Positions 9,843 through 20,112 are shown, counted from the stretch's first letter. The stretch is 64,000 bases of DNA from Gemmatimonadaceae bacterium (GCA_044224875.1 JBGAJQ010000001.1:160001-224000), one strand, 5' to 3'. Notes: generated by a model from the sequence alone, not told the origin. Made by a program: numbers and translations.

Positions 9843-10994
9843 CTACAGGAGGGCAGGCTCGCTGCTGTGCTCCCCCCGCTCGTAGACGATGTGGGCGCGA
9901 CCCACCAACATGCCATCCAGTGGGCCGATGGCGTCCAGGTCCTTGTTCGCGTAGGGTAGCTTCAACAAGACGTAACGCATCGCGTTCAGTCGGGCGCGCT
10001 TCTTACAGTCCGACTTGATGACCGTCCACGGCGAATCAGCCGTATCGGTGTGGAAGAACATCGCTTCCTTCGCCTTGGTATACGCGTCCCACTTGTTGAG
10101 CGAGGCCATGTCCACCGGCGACAACTTCCATTGCTTCAGCGGATGCGCCTCGCGTTCCTTGAAACGACGGCGCTGTTCTTTGCGGCTGACGGAGAACCAG
10201 AACTTGATCAAGTGCACGCCGCTGCGGACCAGATTCCGCTCGAACTCGGGCGCCTGTCGCATGAACTCCGTGTATTCGTCCGCCGTACAAAACCCCATCA
10301 CGCGCTCGACACCGGCTCGATTGTACCAGGAGCGATCGAAGAGCGCGATCTCCCCGGCCGTCGGAAGCTCCTGGACATAGCGCTGAAAATACCACTGGCC
10401 GCGTTCGACGTCGCTGGGCTTCTCCAAGGCGACGACGCGTGCACCGCGAGGGTTCAGGTGCTCCATGAACCGCTTGATGGTGCCCCCTTTGCCCGCAGCG
10501 TCACGACCCTCGAACAGCACAACGACCTTTTGGCCAGTTGCCTTCACCCAGGCTTGCAGCTTCAAGAGTTCAACCTGCAGCGCGTACTTCTGGCGTTCGT
10601 ACGCCTTGCGTGAGAGCAGGTTGCGATACGGGTAGCCCCCACGACGCCAATCAGCGGCGAGTTCGTCGTCCGCCGTCGACGTCCGCCGAGCCAGCCGCGC
10701 CTTGTCGCGCAGCGCCCGGCGCAGGACCGCGGCGTCGTCTGGCGAGGCTCCATCAATGATCGCTTGGAGCGACTCCGCGAGCTGCACGCGATCGACCGCG
10801 TGGCGCCCCCTGATGATATCCTCCACCGCGGTCACCTTGGACTCGACCGCCGCCGATACGGCTTGCTGGACGGCATCGGTGCGAACACCCTCCGGCGTCA
10901 GCGATCGTGCTATATCGCCAGATGCAACTCGGCGCGTCCGTGCCGCGGTGCCTTGACTGCGAGCGCGCTTTCCGTTCGTATGAACCTTGGCCAC
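9843..10994 (-). CDS. ppk2: Polyphosphate kinase 2
   Basis: Walker A 'EGRDAAGKGGTIK', 'WYFQRY', 'FDRSWYNRAGVERVMGFC', 'WKLSPVD'. GTG at 10994 has GGAG upstream; ORF extends to 11069. Confidence 0.93.
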   Translation of the reverse strand: MAKVHTNGKRARSQGTAARTRRVASGDIARSLTPEGVRTDAVQQAVSAAVESKVTAVEDIIRGRHAVDRVQLAESLQAIIDGASPDDAAVLRRALRDKARLARRTSTADDELAADWRRGGYPYRNLLSRKAYERQKYALQVELLKLQAWVKATGQKVVVLFEGRDAAGKGGTIKRFMEHLNPRGARVVALEKPSDVERGQWYFQRYVQELPTAGEIALFDRSWYNRAGVERVMGFCTADEYTEFMRQAPEFERNLVRSGVHLIKFWFSVSRKEQRRRFKEREAHPLKQWKLSPVDMASLNKWDAYTKAKEAMFFHTDTADSPWTVIKSDCKKRARLNAMRYVLLKLPYANKDLDAIGPLDGMLVGRAHIVYERGEHSSEPALL

Positions 10995-11213
10995 GAGAGC
11001 TCCAACTGGTGACGGCAACCCGGGCATCGGGTGCGATATCCTGAACCCTGTGCAGGGTGACAGGACCACGCTAGCAAGGGTCCGCCGACAAGACGCCGGG
11101 TGTCGCCCGACCGATCCCGGTGGCCCCCCATAAGGGGTCCGCGGGGGTCACAGCCGGCGCACCACACCTCCCACGCGACGTGCCATGTGCGGCGCAGCGT
11201 TGTGGAAATACCG

Positions 11214-11915
11214 TCAGCTCGGCGCTTCTGCGGAGGCCACCTCGCGAGCCACAGGAAACGCACAGCTCCACGCCAAGCTTCCGTTGTCGCGCTGGTTCCA
11301 CCACGCGAGGGTCGCCTCCTGCAACCGGGCCAGCCGTGCCGCGTATCGATGCCAACGCGAGCCCGCACGCGACGTATCCGGCACGAGCCACTCCTGTGGC
11401 GCCGCCTCCGCCAGCAGCAATGTCGTGTCACCGGCGTCGTGCGCGGTGTCGACGGAAATGAGAAGTGTGCTCGGGGTGTGCAGTCCACGCGCGACCAGGT
11501 CCTTGCACGACGCGAGCCAGATGTGCGTCAGGACGCTCGCGTCCGCATTCGAGAGCTCGGCCGATGTGAACCGAGTATCCACTCGCACACCGCGCGGTAA
11601 GACAGCCATCGTCAAGCGATACGTTAGGCGCCACCAGTCGTCGACCGCTACCGCGCGAAGCGGTGCGAGTGCGCTTGAACGTGTGGGCCCCTTCAGCATC
11701 CGCACTGTCCGATTCGCATCGCGGATTTGCTCCGACAGTGCACGAAGCGCATCTGCATCCGCTGCTGCTGCCAACGTGGCGACCGCATCGGCGCGTAATG
11801 CCAAGGCACTCGCAATACCACCGAGATCGTGAGCCAGAACACCAAACGAGTCGCGGTAGAGCTCCGCAGCTTCTTGCGCATCGATGGACCCAAAGTCCCG
11901 CTTTCGTGATATCAT
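11214..11915 (-). CDS. Degenerate histidine-kinase-like protein (H-box retained, ATP-binding boxes lost)
   Basis: 'GVLAHDLGGIASALALRAD' H-box-like segment and 'DDWWRLTY...LPRGVRV' align with the kinase at 14456-15514. No N/G1/F/G2 boxes. RBS AGGAAGG before ATG 11915. Confidence 0.6.
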   Translation of the reverse strand: MISRKRDFGSIDAQEAAELYRDSFGVLAHDLGGIASALALRADAVATLAAAADADALRALSEQIRDANRTVRMLKGPTRSSALAPLRAVAVDDWWRLTYRLTMAVLPRGVRVDTRFTSAELSNADASVLTHIWLASCKDLVARGLHTPSTLLISVDTAHDAGDTTLLLAEAAPQEWLVPDTSRAGSRWHRYAARLARLQEATLAWWNQRDNGSLAWSCAFPVAREVASAEAPS

Positions 11916-11969
11916 CGCATCCTTCCTCGTGGCGCCTGGCGTTTCGGCAGCCACTCTCCAGGAGACATC

Positions 11970-12644
11970 ATGCTCCAGACTTTGACGAGGACGTCGCCGT
12001 CGGCGACGGATCCCATGAGCGATACTCGAATCCGCATCTTACTTGTTGATGATCATACCATCATGCGCGAAGGGCTGGCCGCCGTACTCACGCCCGACAA
12101 GGGCCTCGAAGTCGTGGGGCAAGCGGGTGATGGTGAAACCGCCCTTCGCCTGTTTCGCGAGCAATCTCCCGATGTCTCGATCGTCGACCTGCGCATGACT
12201 CCCATGGATGGCGTTGAGTTGACGCAAGCCATGCGGAACGAAAATCCCAATGCGCGCGTCGTCTTGTTGACGACATACGACACTGATGAAGACGTGTTCC
12301 GTGGCCTTCGCGCTGGGGCTGCCTCGTTCCTCCTTAAAGACGTTGACACGGCAAGACTCGTTGAGACGATTCGCACCGTGCACGCCGGCCGAAAGGACAT
12401 CTCGCCGGAAATCGCATCGAAGCTGGCCGACCACGTGCACGCCGATGCACTCACGGCACGCCAACGCGAGGTGCTGTCGTGCATCGCCGAGGGCAAGTCG
12501 AATCTGGAGATTGCCCACACCCTGAACATCAGCGAAGGCACGGTCAAGGCACACGTCAAGGCAATCCTCCAGAAATTGGACGCTCGCGACCGGACGCAGG
12601 CCATCACGATAGCAATCAAGCGGGGGCTGGTTCGCTCCCTGTAG
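11970..12644 (+). CDS. NarL/FixJ family response regulator (REC + LuxR HTH)
   Basis: 'ILLVDDH', phosphoacceptor 'IVDLRM', 'FLLKD', HTH 'LTARQREVL...SNLEIA..LNISEGTVKAHV'. Confidence 0.95.
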   Translation: MLQTLTRTSPSATDPMSDTRIRILLVDDHTIMREGLAAVLTPDKGLEVVGQAGDGETALRLFREQSPDVSIVDLRMTPMDGVELTQAMRNENPNARVVLLTTYDTDEDVFRGLRAGAASFLLKDVDTARLVETIRTVHAGRKDISPEIASKLADHVHADALTARQREVLSCIAEGKSNLEIAHTLNISEGTVKAHVKAILQKLDARDRTQAITIAIKRGLVRSL

Positions 12645-12904
12645 GTGTGCCAACGCCTAACGGCGCCGACTTCCGTCGTTCGCTCCCTCTCTCTTGAGAG
12701 ATAGGGGCGTGTGCTCCCCGGGGGCGGCGTCGCCGTAGGGGCTCCGGTGGAGAGAAAGTCACCACCCGTGGGAAATAGTGCGGTCGTCCGGTTGTGACCA
12801 GCTTACGTGGCGTCCAGCAGGGCCTGTCTCTCCGCGGAGGTGGTTGCAGAAAGGCGGCCGAGGCGGATGGCCCTGGGACCCCCACCAAGTACACGGAGAT
12901 AGAC

Positions 12905-13654
12905 ATGACCACATTGCTTCGAGCGACGGCGACTGTTGCCGCTGCGACGCTGATCATAGGTGCCTGCAAGCCGAAGGACGCGCAAACTGAAGGGCAGGTG
13001 ACGACGCGCACCGGAGCGGGGGAAGTCGCGAGCTCCATCTCAGGCGACTCGGCGGACAAGCGGGGTGAGGCGCTGGTGCGAGTCGTGAATGCCGCAGCCA
13101 CCCCGCAAGGGTTGATCGTCCGGTCCGACGAAACACATACGTTGCCCACAGTCGAGTACAAGAAGGTCACGGCCTATCAGCCGATCGACAAGAACTGGGC
13201 CACGTTCCAGGTGAACAGCATGCCCGGCGGCAGCTTTGCGGCACTCGAGACAAACCGTGAACTCCTCACGGACGGCTACCGGTACAGCATGGTGATCATG
13301 CGCAACAAGGATGGTTCGGGGAGCGAGTCCCGAATCCTGCGCGATGAGATTTCGTCCGACCTGTCGACGTCGCACCTGCGTGTCGTGCATGCGGCGCAGG
13401 GCGTGGGTGAAGTGAACGTGATTGCCAAAGGGGGCGAGAAGCTCTTTGACGGCGTGAACTTCACGTCGGAAGCAGGGTTCAAGAGTGTCACGCCGTGGGC
13501 TGGCACGCTGGAATTCCGCACGCAGGACGACAACCGTCTGCTGCTGACGCTGCCGAATGTCAAGCTCGAGGCAGGGAAGTCCTACACCATCGTGCTGACA
13601 CGCAATGAGAAGGGCAAGGTGGATTCCTTCTGGTTCGAAGACACGCAAGCCTAA
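12905..13654 (+). CDS. DUF4397-like lipoprotein
   Basis: Lipobox 'IIGAC'; two repeats 'ALVRVVNAA' and 'HLRVVHAA...LEAGKSYTIVL'; RBS GGAG before ATG 12905. Confidence 0.75.
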   Translation: MTTLLRATATVAAATLIIGACKPKDAQTEGQVTTRTGAGEVASSISGDSADKRGEALVRVVNAAATPQGLIVRSDETHTLPTVEYKKVTAYQPIDKNWATFQVNSMPGGSFAALETNRELLTDGYRYSMVIMRNKDGSGSESRILRDEISSDLSTSHLRVVHAAQGVGEVNVIAKGGEKLFDGVNFTSEAGFKSVTPWAGTLEFRTQDDNRLLLTLPNVKLEAGKSYTIVLTRNEKGKVDSFWFEDTQA

Positions 13655-14012
13655 CGACATAATGGACTTGCCGCCCCCGGCGCCGGTGATGCCGTGTGGA
13701 GTGGGGAACCGACGTTCGGGGTGCGGCCCATCATGCAAGCGCAACGACCAATGATCTTGAAGACGACCAGCGGACGATGTCCACCCGTTTGCGGAGCGCA
13801 GGCAACTTCTGCGAACTGCCCGTGGGTGGCCGACATGCTTGCGCTCTTTGCGACGGCCGCGTACCCCCGCGTCTCCAGGGAACAGCTGCAACGCCTGGCG
13901 CCCTGTCTACGAAGAAGCCGTCAAACTACTCTCGCGTCGTTTCCCACGTACGAGCCACCCGCACTCGAGCGCGTTGCAGGCAAGCATGCCACGACGTGGT
14001 CACGCCCGCAGC

Positions 14013-14453
14013 TTATTCCTCGAGTTCGATGATCGCCTCGCCAGAGACGACGCGGCGAATGGCACTAATCAGTCGATCCGCGCTCACGCCCTTCGACACG
14101 AACCCCCAGGCGCCCTGCGATAGCGTGCGTTCCATAAGTTCGCCGCTCGGATAACCGGTAAAGACCACAACGCGAGAATCCGGTGCGCGCCTGACCAATT
14201 CGGACAAAATTCGCAGCGCATCCACGTCTCCAGGTAAGTCGATGTCCAGGAGCACGATGGATGGATGATGCATGACCGCACCCTCGACCGATAATGCGAA
14301 GTCCTCCACACGGTGAAACCGTGTGAACCCCGGCTCCAGATCCAGTCGGCGCTCCAGCGCGTCCACCAGCAGCACGTTGTCATCGATACACATGACGCTG
14401 AATGGCGTGTCGGACGGCGAGGTCCCGTGAACGTTGCCAGGCGAGGAGGTCAT
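14013..14453 (-). CDS. Single-domain response regulator (NarL-type receiver, no output domain)
   Basis: 'MCIDDN', 'VLLDIDLPG', 'VVVFTG', 'GFVSKG'; ends right after the receiver domain. Confidence 0.85.
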   Translation of the reverse strand: MTSSPGNVHGTSPSDTPFSVMCIDDNVLLVDALERRLDLEPGFTRFHRVEDFALSVEGAVMHHPSIVLLDIDLPGDVDALRILSELVRRAPDSRVVVFTGYPSGELMERTLSQGAWGFVSKGVSADRLISAIRRVVSGEAIIELEE

Positions 14454-14455
14454 GA

Positions 14456-15514
14456 TCAGCGCAACAAGGACCGGAGTCGGGTGGTATCGCCAGGGTACAC
14501 CCAGTGTACCCGCGCATCGGTTGGGGCATCGTCAGGCGCAACGCCAAGGGCCACGATGCGCGGCGCCTGCTGGGCCGCAAGCGTCGCATGCAGGGCATCA
14601 GCGTCCGGGAGTGTCGAAGCGTCGCACACGATCAGGTCGACATGCTCTTCCCCCGTGCTGACCTCCTGCATCCCCTGCTGCGCCAGCATGCGACGCACCA
14701 TGACCTGCTGACGCGGGTCCACCAAACGCACGCGCACACGAATCGGTCGACGGTCGCCGGCTGACACTTCCACATCAATGGGAAGACGCAGCGCGAAGGT
14801 CGCCCCCTCACCTACCGTCGACGAGGCCAGGGTGAGGTCGCCCTGATAGCGACGCATGAGACCTTTCGCCGTCGCCAGTCCCAACCCGGTGGCATACTCG
14901 CGCGGCCTCGTAGTGAAATATGGCTCGAAGCAGCGCGCCCGGACCTCGTCATCCATCCCCTGCCCGTTGTCGATGACATGCATGCACACGTGCTCCGGCT
15001 CCCTGGCCACGGCGACCTCCAGGCGAGGCGCCGAGCCGCCCTCCATGGCACGCCTTGCATTCATCACGAGATTGATGACCACCTGCGCAAGGACGCTCGG
15101 TGGCACGCGCACTGGTGGCAGGTCGCTGGGGAACGACGCCACAATGGTCGTACCTGACGGGAGCGCGTCGGCGATGACGGGTCGCAACTCCTGCCACCAC
15201 TCCGCGAGCCGAGTGGATGGCGCCTCACCGCGCGGCTGAAACGGGTCGGAACCAAGGAGCCGCAGGCCGCCGGCCAACCGCTGGAGGTCGGTGATGCTGC
15301 GGCGAATGCCCGCCAGGTCAGCTCGGGCAGCCTCGGGAAGGTCATGTGACGCTGCGAGCACATCCAGCCGCAACAGAATCGGCATGACCAAGTTCCGAAG
15401 GTCATGGCCGAGCCCCGTGGCAAGGGTACCGACCATCGCCAATCGCTGAAGATGCCGAAGGTCGGGAGCCTGATCGACGCGATCATCGCTGCTGGTCGTG
15501 CGCAGGTCGGACAC
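14456..15514 (-). CDS. Soluble sensor-less histidine kinase with degenerate C-terminal receiver-like domain
   Basis: H-box 'GLGHDLRN', N-box 'QVVINLVMNA', G1 'DNGQGM', F 'CFEPYFTT', G2 'TGLGL'; tail 'VDLIVCD'. Confidence 0.85.
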   Translation of the reverse strand: MSDLRTTSSDDRVDQAPDLRHLQRLAMVGTLATGLGHDLRNLVMPILLRLDVLAASHDLPEAARADLAGIRRSITDLQRLAGGLRLLGSDPFQPRGEAPSTRLAEWWQELRPVIADALPSGTTIVASFPSDLPPVRVPPSVLAQVVINLVMNARRAMEGGSAPRLEVAVAREPEHVCMHVIDNGQGMDDEVRARCFEPYFTTRPREYATGLGLATAKGLMRRYQGDLTLASSTVGEGATFALRLPIDVEVSAGDRRPIRVRVRLVDPRQQVMVRRMLAQQGMQEVSTGEEHVDLIVCDASTLPDADALHATLAAQQAPRIVALGVAPDDAPTDARVHWVYPGDTTRLRSLLR

Positions 15515-16092
15515 AGGACGGTCGTTTGGGTGGATGGCGCCAGGTGTGCGAGTCTTGCACCAAACTCATCATCTCGCCGCAGCTGCGGCATGAATACAGC
15601 GTCTGCGCCAGAGTGCGCAAATCTGGAGCCAACCCACCCCAGCGCGTGGTGATCTTGGCCGCATTTGAGAACCTTCTCCTTCGAGGAACACAGTCCAGCG
15701 TGGGTCCATGACGGCACTTCGCTACAGGGTAGAGCAGCTATCCGGCGGATTCCATTCGCCTCAAGGAAACATCTCCCTCGATACCTGAGAGAGAGCGGTG
15801 GGGCAATGACCGAGTCCCGAGGTGTCCCTCGTGAGGAGTAGGCGCCTCACGGCCTAACGGCGTATGGAAAATCGTCCCTCACGAGGACGAGAATTGTCCG
15901 AGTGCGCTTGGTATTCTGTCGCCTACGTTCGCGGCGATGCCCGGAAGCGCTGGTAACGCCCGTGCTGTCGCCCAAAGAAGGAGCCACCGTGAATGGCCAT
16001 CGCTCGCGGACGCGCTCGGCACGATCACGAAGCGTCGGACCAATCAAGTGGGCCGCGCCACAATCATCCCATCGACCAACGGGAGACTGCAC

Positions 16093-16326
16093 ATGAACAC
16101 GGATCGCATGGAAGGCGCGTGGAAGCAGATGAAGGGGCGCATCAAGGAAACATGGGGCAAGCTTACCGATGATGACCTGGATCGCGTCGAGGGCCAGTGG
16201 GACCAACTCACCGGTTTAATCCAAAACAAGTACGGCAAGGCACGCGACGAGGCAGAGGTGGAAGTGAAGCGGTTTCGTGAGGAATACGACGACTTACCGA
16301 ACCCGCGCTCGGTTCCCCCCCGCTGA
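16093..16326 (+). CDS. csbD: CsbD family general stress protein
   Basis: 'MNTDRMEGAWKQMKGRIKETWGKLTDDDLDRVEGQWDQLTGLIQNKYG'; RBS GGGAG. Confidence 0.93.
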   Translation: MNTDRMEGAWKQMKGRIKETWGKLTDDDLDRVEGQWDQLTGLIQNKYGKARDEAEVEVKRFREEYDDLPNPRSVPPR

Positions 16327-16333
16327 CGGGCGA

Positions 16334-16363
16334 TTGGAGCCGGGCGGCAACGCTCGGCTCCAA
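16334..16363 (+). terminator. Hairpin after csbD (terminator or mRNA stabiliser)
   Basis: TTGGAGCCGGGCG-GCAA-CGCTCGGCTCCAA: 13-bp stem with a GNRA loop. Confidence 0.55.
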
Positions 16364-16395
16364 CGCCGTACCACCATTAACGCCTGGTCAAATCC

Positions 16396-16908
16396 ATGCT
16401 ACTGAATTCACGGGACCAGATTACGAGTCACCTCACGGACATGCTGGCGCTCGAGCGCCACCTGCAACACGCGCTTGATGTACAGCTCTCCGTGATGGAT
16501 GACACCGTGGGGTCCGCACGCGAATTACGGAAGGTTCAACAGACCTGCACCCGGCACGTTGACGCACTGGACGCGCTCGTAAGACGGCGACATGCCGGGC
16601 GGGCGGTGCAGCGCAAGTCAGTGAAGGAAGCAGCATCCGCCATGCTCGGTGTCAGTGCGATTGCCGTTGACTTTGTACGGACCGAGCAACTGCCGAAGAA
16701 CCTCCCAGAAGACTACGCGGCGGTGTCACTCATGTGCGTGGGTTACGTAATGGTGCACCGCGCAGCCCTCTCGCGCGGAGAGGTGGATGTGATCGATCTT
16801 GCCTATCGCTGCTTGCAAGCGCATTCGCGATCAACCCTCTTGCTGCGAACAGCGGACCCGGCCCGTGGCAAGCGCGGCGAACGGCAGGTGCGGTACTCCG
16901 TGGAGTGA
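16396..16908 (+). CDS. Ferritin-like DUF892 (YciE/YciF-like) protein, divergent
   Basis: 'LTDMLALERHLQHAL..Q', 'RHVDALD', 'KNLPEDY...GYVMVH..AL'; paralog of 38524-39129. Confidence 0.6.
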   Translation: MLLNSRDQITSHLTDMLALERHLQHALDVQLSVMDDTVGSARELRKVQQTCTRHVDALDALVRRRHAGRAVQRKSVKEAASAMLGVSAIAVDFVRTEQLPKNLPEDYAAVSLMCVGYVMVHRAALSRGEVDVIDLAYRCLQAHSRSTLLLRTADPARGKRGERQVRYSVE

Positions 16909-17119
16909 TCACATCTGGATCTGAAGCGCGATACGATTCGTGTCTGCACATCCAAGCTACGCTCCCCAACAACAAGGATGGGACGAGCCGAGTTGCCTAA
17001 CAGATGTGCTTGCGCTTCACGTGTACCTCACACGATGTTGACTGAGCCTGCTGTTCCTCGATGACGACGGCTAGCCGCGGTTCGCCCACACGAACCTGAT
17101 CGAGGACAGCAGGCACCTG

Positions 17120-17518
17120 CTATTGTTCGTGGAGGTTTACGAACTGAAGGGCTACGGGCAGGGAACTCACCGAGAAGCCGATCGACGTGTCGAGTTGAAC
17201 GCGAGCGATTCCGATCGCGGGCTCAGTAAAGCGGCACATGACGCGGCCACCAGACTGGACCGCCGCTGCCGAGGACACGGTGAGGTTCGTCGTGAAGACA
17301 CCATTGACGTTTGTGGTGACGACGATCGCGCCCGCGCCGCCACAGCCGACGCTTACCGTCGTACCTGGGATAAGGGTGCCACTATTGGAGTAGACGGCCC
17401 CTTGCACCGACGCGTGACCCATTCCAATTGTGGACGACGGATCTGTGGTGCGATCGGCGCAGGCCACAGTCGCAGCTGCGAAGGAAAGCACGAGCCACTG
17501 GTGACAACCAACCGACAT
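17120..17518 (-). CDS. Hypothetical lipoprotein with small beta-sandwich (carboxypeptidase-regulatory-like) domain
   Basis: Signal/lipobox 'SFAAATVAC'; 'ASVQGAVY..SG..IPGTTVSV...TTNVNGVF'. Confidence 0.55.
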   Translation of the reverse strand: MSVGCHQWLVLSFAAATVACADRTTDPSSTIGMGHASVQGAVYSNSGTLIPGTTVSVGCGGAGAIVVTTNVNGVFTTNLTVSSAAAVQSGGRVMCRFTEPAIGIARVQLDTSIGFSVSSLPVALQFVNLHEQ

Positions 17519-17674
17519 CGGATCAGCGGATTCGGGGACGCCTAACGTAGCCACCGCCGCCGATTGGGCGCCTGTGGCGAGCTTCCAAGTCTCAATAAGT
17601 GACAAGCTGGAGCGACGGCCACCACTACTCGCGCGCGCTGAACAGGCCGGTAGCTTTCCGGCTTCCCCCAACAA

Positions 17675-18802
17675 ATGCGAAACCTCATGCGCGTCTCCGT
17701 GGGCAGGCTGAGCATGTCGTCGTTCGTCCTGGCGTCGCTCCTGACGCGCGTGGCGCAGGCGCAAACACAGGGCTGGATGCTTGGCCCCTTCGAGAAGCTC
17801 CCGGCCGTGAATCCGATCCTCACACCGACAAGTCTGTCGACGTTTCGCTCTCCCATGGGGGACCGGGACGTGCGTTGGGAGGCGTACGCCACCTTCAACC
17901 CCGCCGCAGTTGTACGTGACGGCCGAGTGTTTGTGCTCTATCGCGCCGAGGACTCGAGCGGCACGGCAAAGATCGGCGGCCATACGTCACGCATAGGCTT
18001 GGCCGAGAGTGAGGACGGGCTGCACTTCACGCGCCGCGGCACTCCGGTCCTGTTTCCCGATCGTGATTCGCAGCGTGCCAATGAGTGGCCCGGGGGTGTA
18101 GAGGATCCTCGCGTCGTGGAGACTGAAGATGGTCGATACGTTCTGACGTATACGCAGTGGAACCACCGCACCCCGCGATTGGCTGTGGCCACGTCGCGCG
18201 ACCTCATCCATTGGACCAAGCATGGCCCCGCGTTTTCAAAGGCTGGACGGCGATATGGCACCATGGAAACAAAGTCCGGTGCCATCATTTGTCGTGTCGA
18301 GGGAAGCCGCCTCATCGCGGCGAAGATCGGAGGGAAGTATTGGATGTACTTCAACGTTCCTCACGTGCTCTTGGCCACATCCGAGGACCTGATTCAGTGG
18401 ACTCCTCTGGAAGACGACAGCGGCCAACCACTCCGTGTACTTTCGCCCCGGCCGGGGTACTTCGATTCTTGGCTTGTTGAAGCTGGACCACCAGCAATCA
18501 TCACCGAACGCGGCATTGTCGTGCTCTACAACGCAGGCAATAGCGGAACGCACGGTGACCGCTCAATACCGGCACGGGTCTACACCGGTGGACAAGCGCT
18601 GTTTGACCCGCTGAGTCCACACAAACTGTTGGATCGAACCAACACGCCATTCATCCAGCCGACGGAGTCTTACGAACGAAGTGGACAGTACGCCGAGGGG
18701 ACGACGTTCCTCGAAGGGCTAGTTCCATTCAACGGCCGATGGCTTCTGTACTACGGGATGGCCGATTCGCGCGTCGGACTCGCGCGATCCGTGGTGCCAT
18801 AG
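17675..18802 (+). CDS. Glycoside hydrolase family 130 protein, probably secreted
   Basis: 'FNPAAV', 'LYRAED', 'SRIGLAES.DG', 'GVEDPRV', 'LVEAGPP', 'FLEGLV', 'LYYG.AD'; N-terminal signal-like segment ending 'AQA'. Confidence 0.9.
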   Translation: MRNLMRVSVGRLSMSSFVLASLLTRVAQAQTQGWMLGPFEKLPAVNPILTPTSLSTFRSPMGDRDVRWEAYATFNPAAVVRDGRVFVLYRAEDSSGTAKIGGHTSRIGLAESEDGLHFTRRGTPVLFPDRDSQRANEWPGGVEDPRVVETEDGRYVLTYTQWNHRTPRLAVATSRDLIHWTKHGPAFSKAGRRYGTMETKSGAIICRVEGSRLIAAKIGGKYWMYFNVPHVLLATSEDLIQWTPLEDDSGQPLRVLSPRPGYFDSWLVEAGPPAIITERGIVVLYNAGNSGTHGDRSIPARVYTGGQALFDPLSPHKLLDRTNTPFIQPTESYERSGQYAEGTTFLEGLVPFNGRWLLYYGMADSRVGLARSVVP

Positions 18803-19026
18803 GATTGCCACGCATGCGAGCACGACGGTGGAAGTCGTCAACATGGGAGCTGCGGTAAACGTAAGGAGGTCTCCTATTGCCTCGTTGTATATGGCAACGG
18901 CGCGACTCGTAGATTGATCTCCAGACCGACGTCGTGGGGATGGAACGTCAGGGCAGGAATGGCGTCTGGTGACCTCCAGACCGCAGGTGTACCCACGCAC
19001 GCTTCACTCGCACGAAGGAACACGGC

Positions 19027-20112
19027 ATGCCGTCACGTATCCCCGAGGTCCTGGCGATCATCGGAGAAGCAGTTCCTGATTTCTTGTGGATGTCGACGGC
19101 GTCCGGTGCACCGATCTACCAGAATCGCGCATGGCGCGACTATGCGGGAATTCATAGCGTCGACACTACGGCGCCCATCTGGGACTCGCTGACGCATCCC
19201 GACGACTTGGAGTACTTCCGCCAGACGTGGGAGCAGGCCACTCGCGAGGCACGTCCCTTCGAAATCGAACATCGTTGTCGGCGACACGACGGAGCCTATA
19301 GGTGGTTCCTCTGTCGAGCGGCGCCCATCCGGGACGCCTCTGGGGAACTGACGCATTGGGTGGGAACAGTCACCGACATCCACGCACAGAAAATCGTAGA
19401 GGCAGAACTCGCGCGCTCGATCCGCCGGCGCGATGAGTTCCTGGCGGCGCTTGCGCATGAGGTGCGAAATCCACTGCAGGCGATGCGACAGGCGCTGGAT
19501 GTGGTGCAGCTGCCCGCCGCACCCGATGAAGTTCGGTCGAGCATGCTGTCGGTCCTTCAGAATCAGCTGCAACAACTGACACGCCTGACCAACGACATGG
19601 TCGACGGCAATCGCGTCCGCTGGAACGCCATGTCACTCGTTCCCGCGGAAACTACCCTTCAAGTCCTCGTCTCGGACGCGGTGAATTCCGCCAAGGCCGT
19701 AATGGAGGAGCGCGAACACCGGCTCGAGGTCGAGGTGGCCGATCCGGATTGTCCCATGACCGTCGACGCCATGCGTGTGATCCAGGCGCTGGTCAACCTG
19801 CTGACCAACGCCGCGAAGTTCAGCGAGGTGGGGTCGCGCGTACTGCTCACCGCCAGCTGCGAGCAGGGTGAGGCCGTATTCGTGGTGCGGGATTGGGGCC
19901 GTGGAATGGACGCCGAGACGCTGCCACGGATCTTCGAGCTTTTTGAGCGCGGTGAGTGCGAACAGCCGAGCGAAGGATTTGGGATTGGGCTGGCCCTGGT
20001 TCGCCACGTCGCGGAACTGCACGGGGGGCGCATCGAGGCGCAGAGCGCCGGCGTAGGATGCGGCAGCCAGTTTACCCTGCGGATTCCGCTGGTGGCGCCC
20101 CCGCGTACGTGA
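19027..20112 (+). CDS. PAS-domain sensor histidine kinase
   Basis: PAS/PAC 'HPDD...RRHDGAYRWF'; H-box 'LAHEVRNPL', N-box 'NLLTNAAKF', 'D.GRGM', 'GFGIGL'. Confidence 0.92.
   Translation: MPSRIPEVLAIIGEAVPDFLWMSTASGAPIYQNRAWRDYAGIHSVDTTAPIWDSLTHPDDLEYFRQTWEQATREARPFEIEHRCRRHDGAYRWFLCRAAPIRDASGELTHWVGTVTDIHAQKIVEAELARSIRRRDEFLAALAHEVRNPLQAMRQALDVVQLPAAPDEVRSSMLSVLQNQLQQLTRLTNDMVDGNRVRWNAMSLVPAETTLQVLVSDAVNSAKAVMEEREHRLEVEVADPDCPMTVDAMRVIQALVNLLTNAAKFSEVGSRVLLTASCEQGEAVFVVRDWGRGMDAETLPRIFELFERGECEQPSEGFGIGLALVRHVAELHGGRIEAQSAGVGCGSQFTLRIPLVAPPRT

Noticed and set aside
13655..14012. Short ORFs between the DUF4397 gene and the receiver gene
   Set aside because: No recognisable motif, RBS or coherent composition.
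15515..15720. Minus-strand frame with 'YSCRSCGE' (CxxC) upstream of the sensor-less kinase
   Set aside because: Out of frame with the kinase, no clear start or stop, and a single CxxC can arise by chance.
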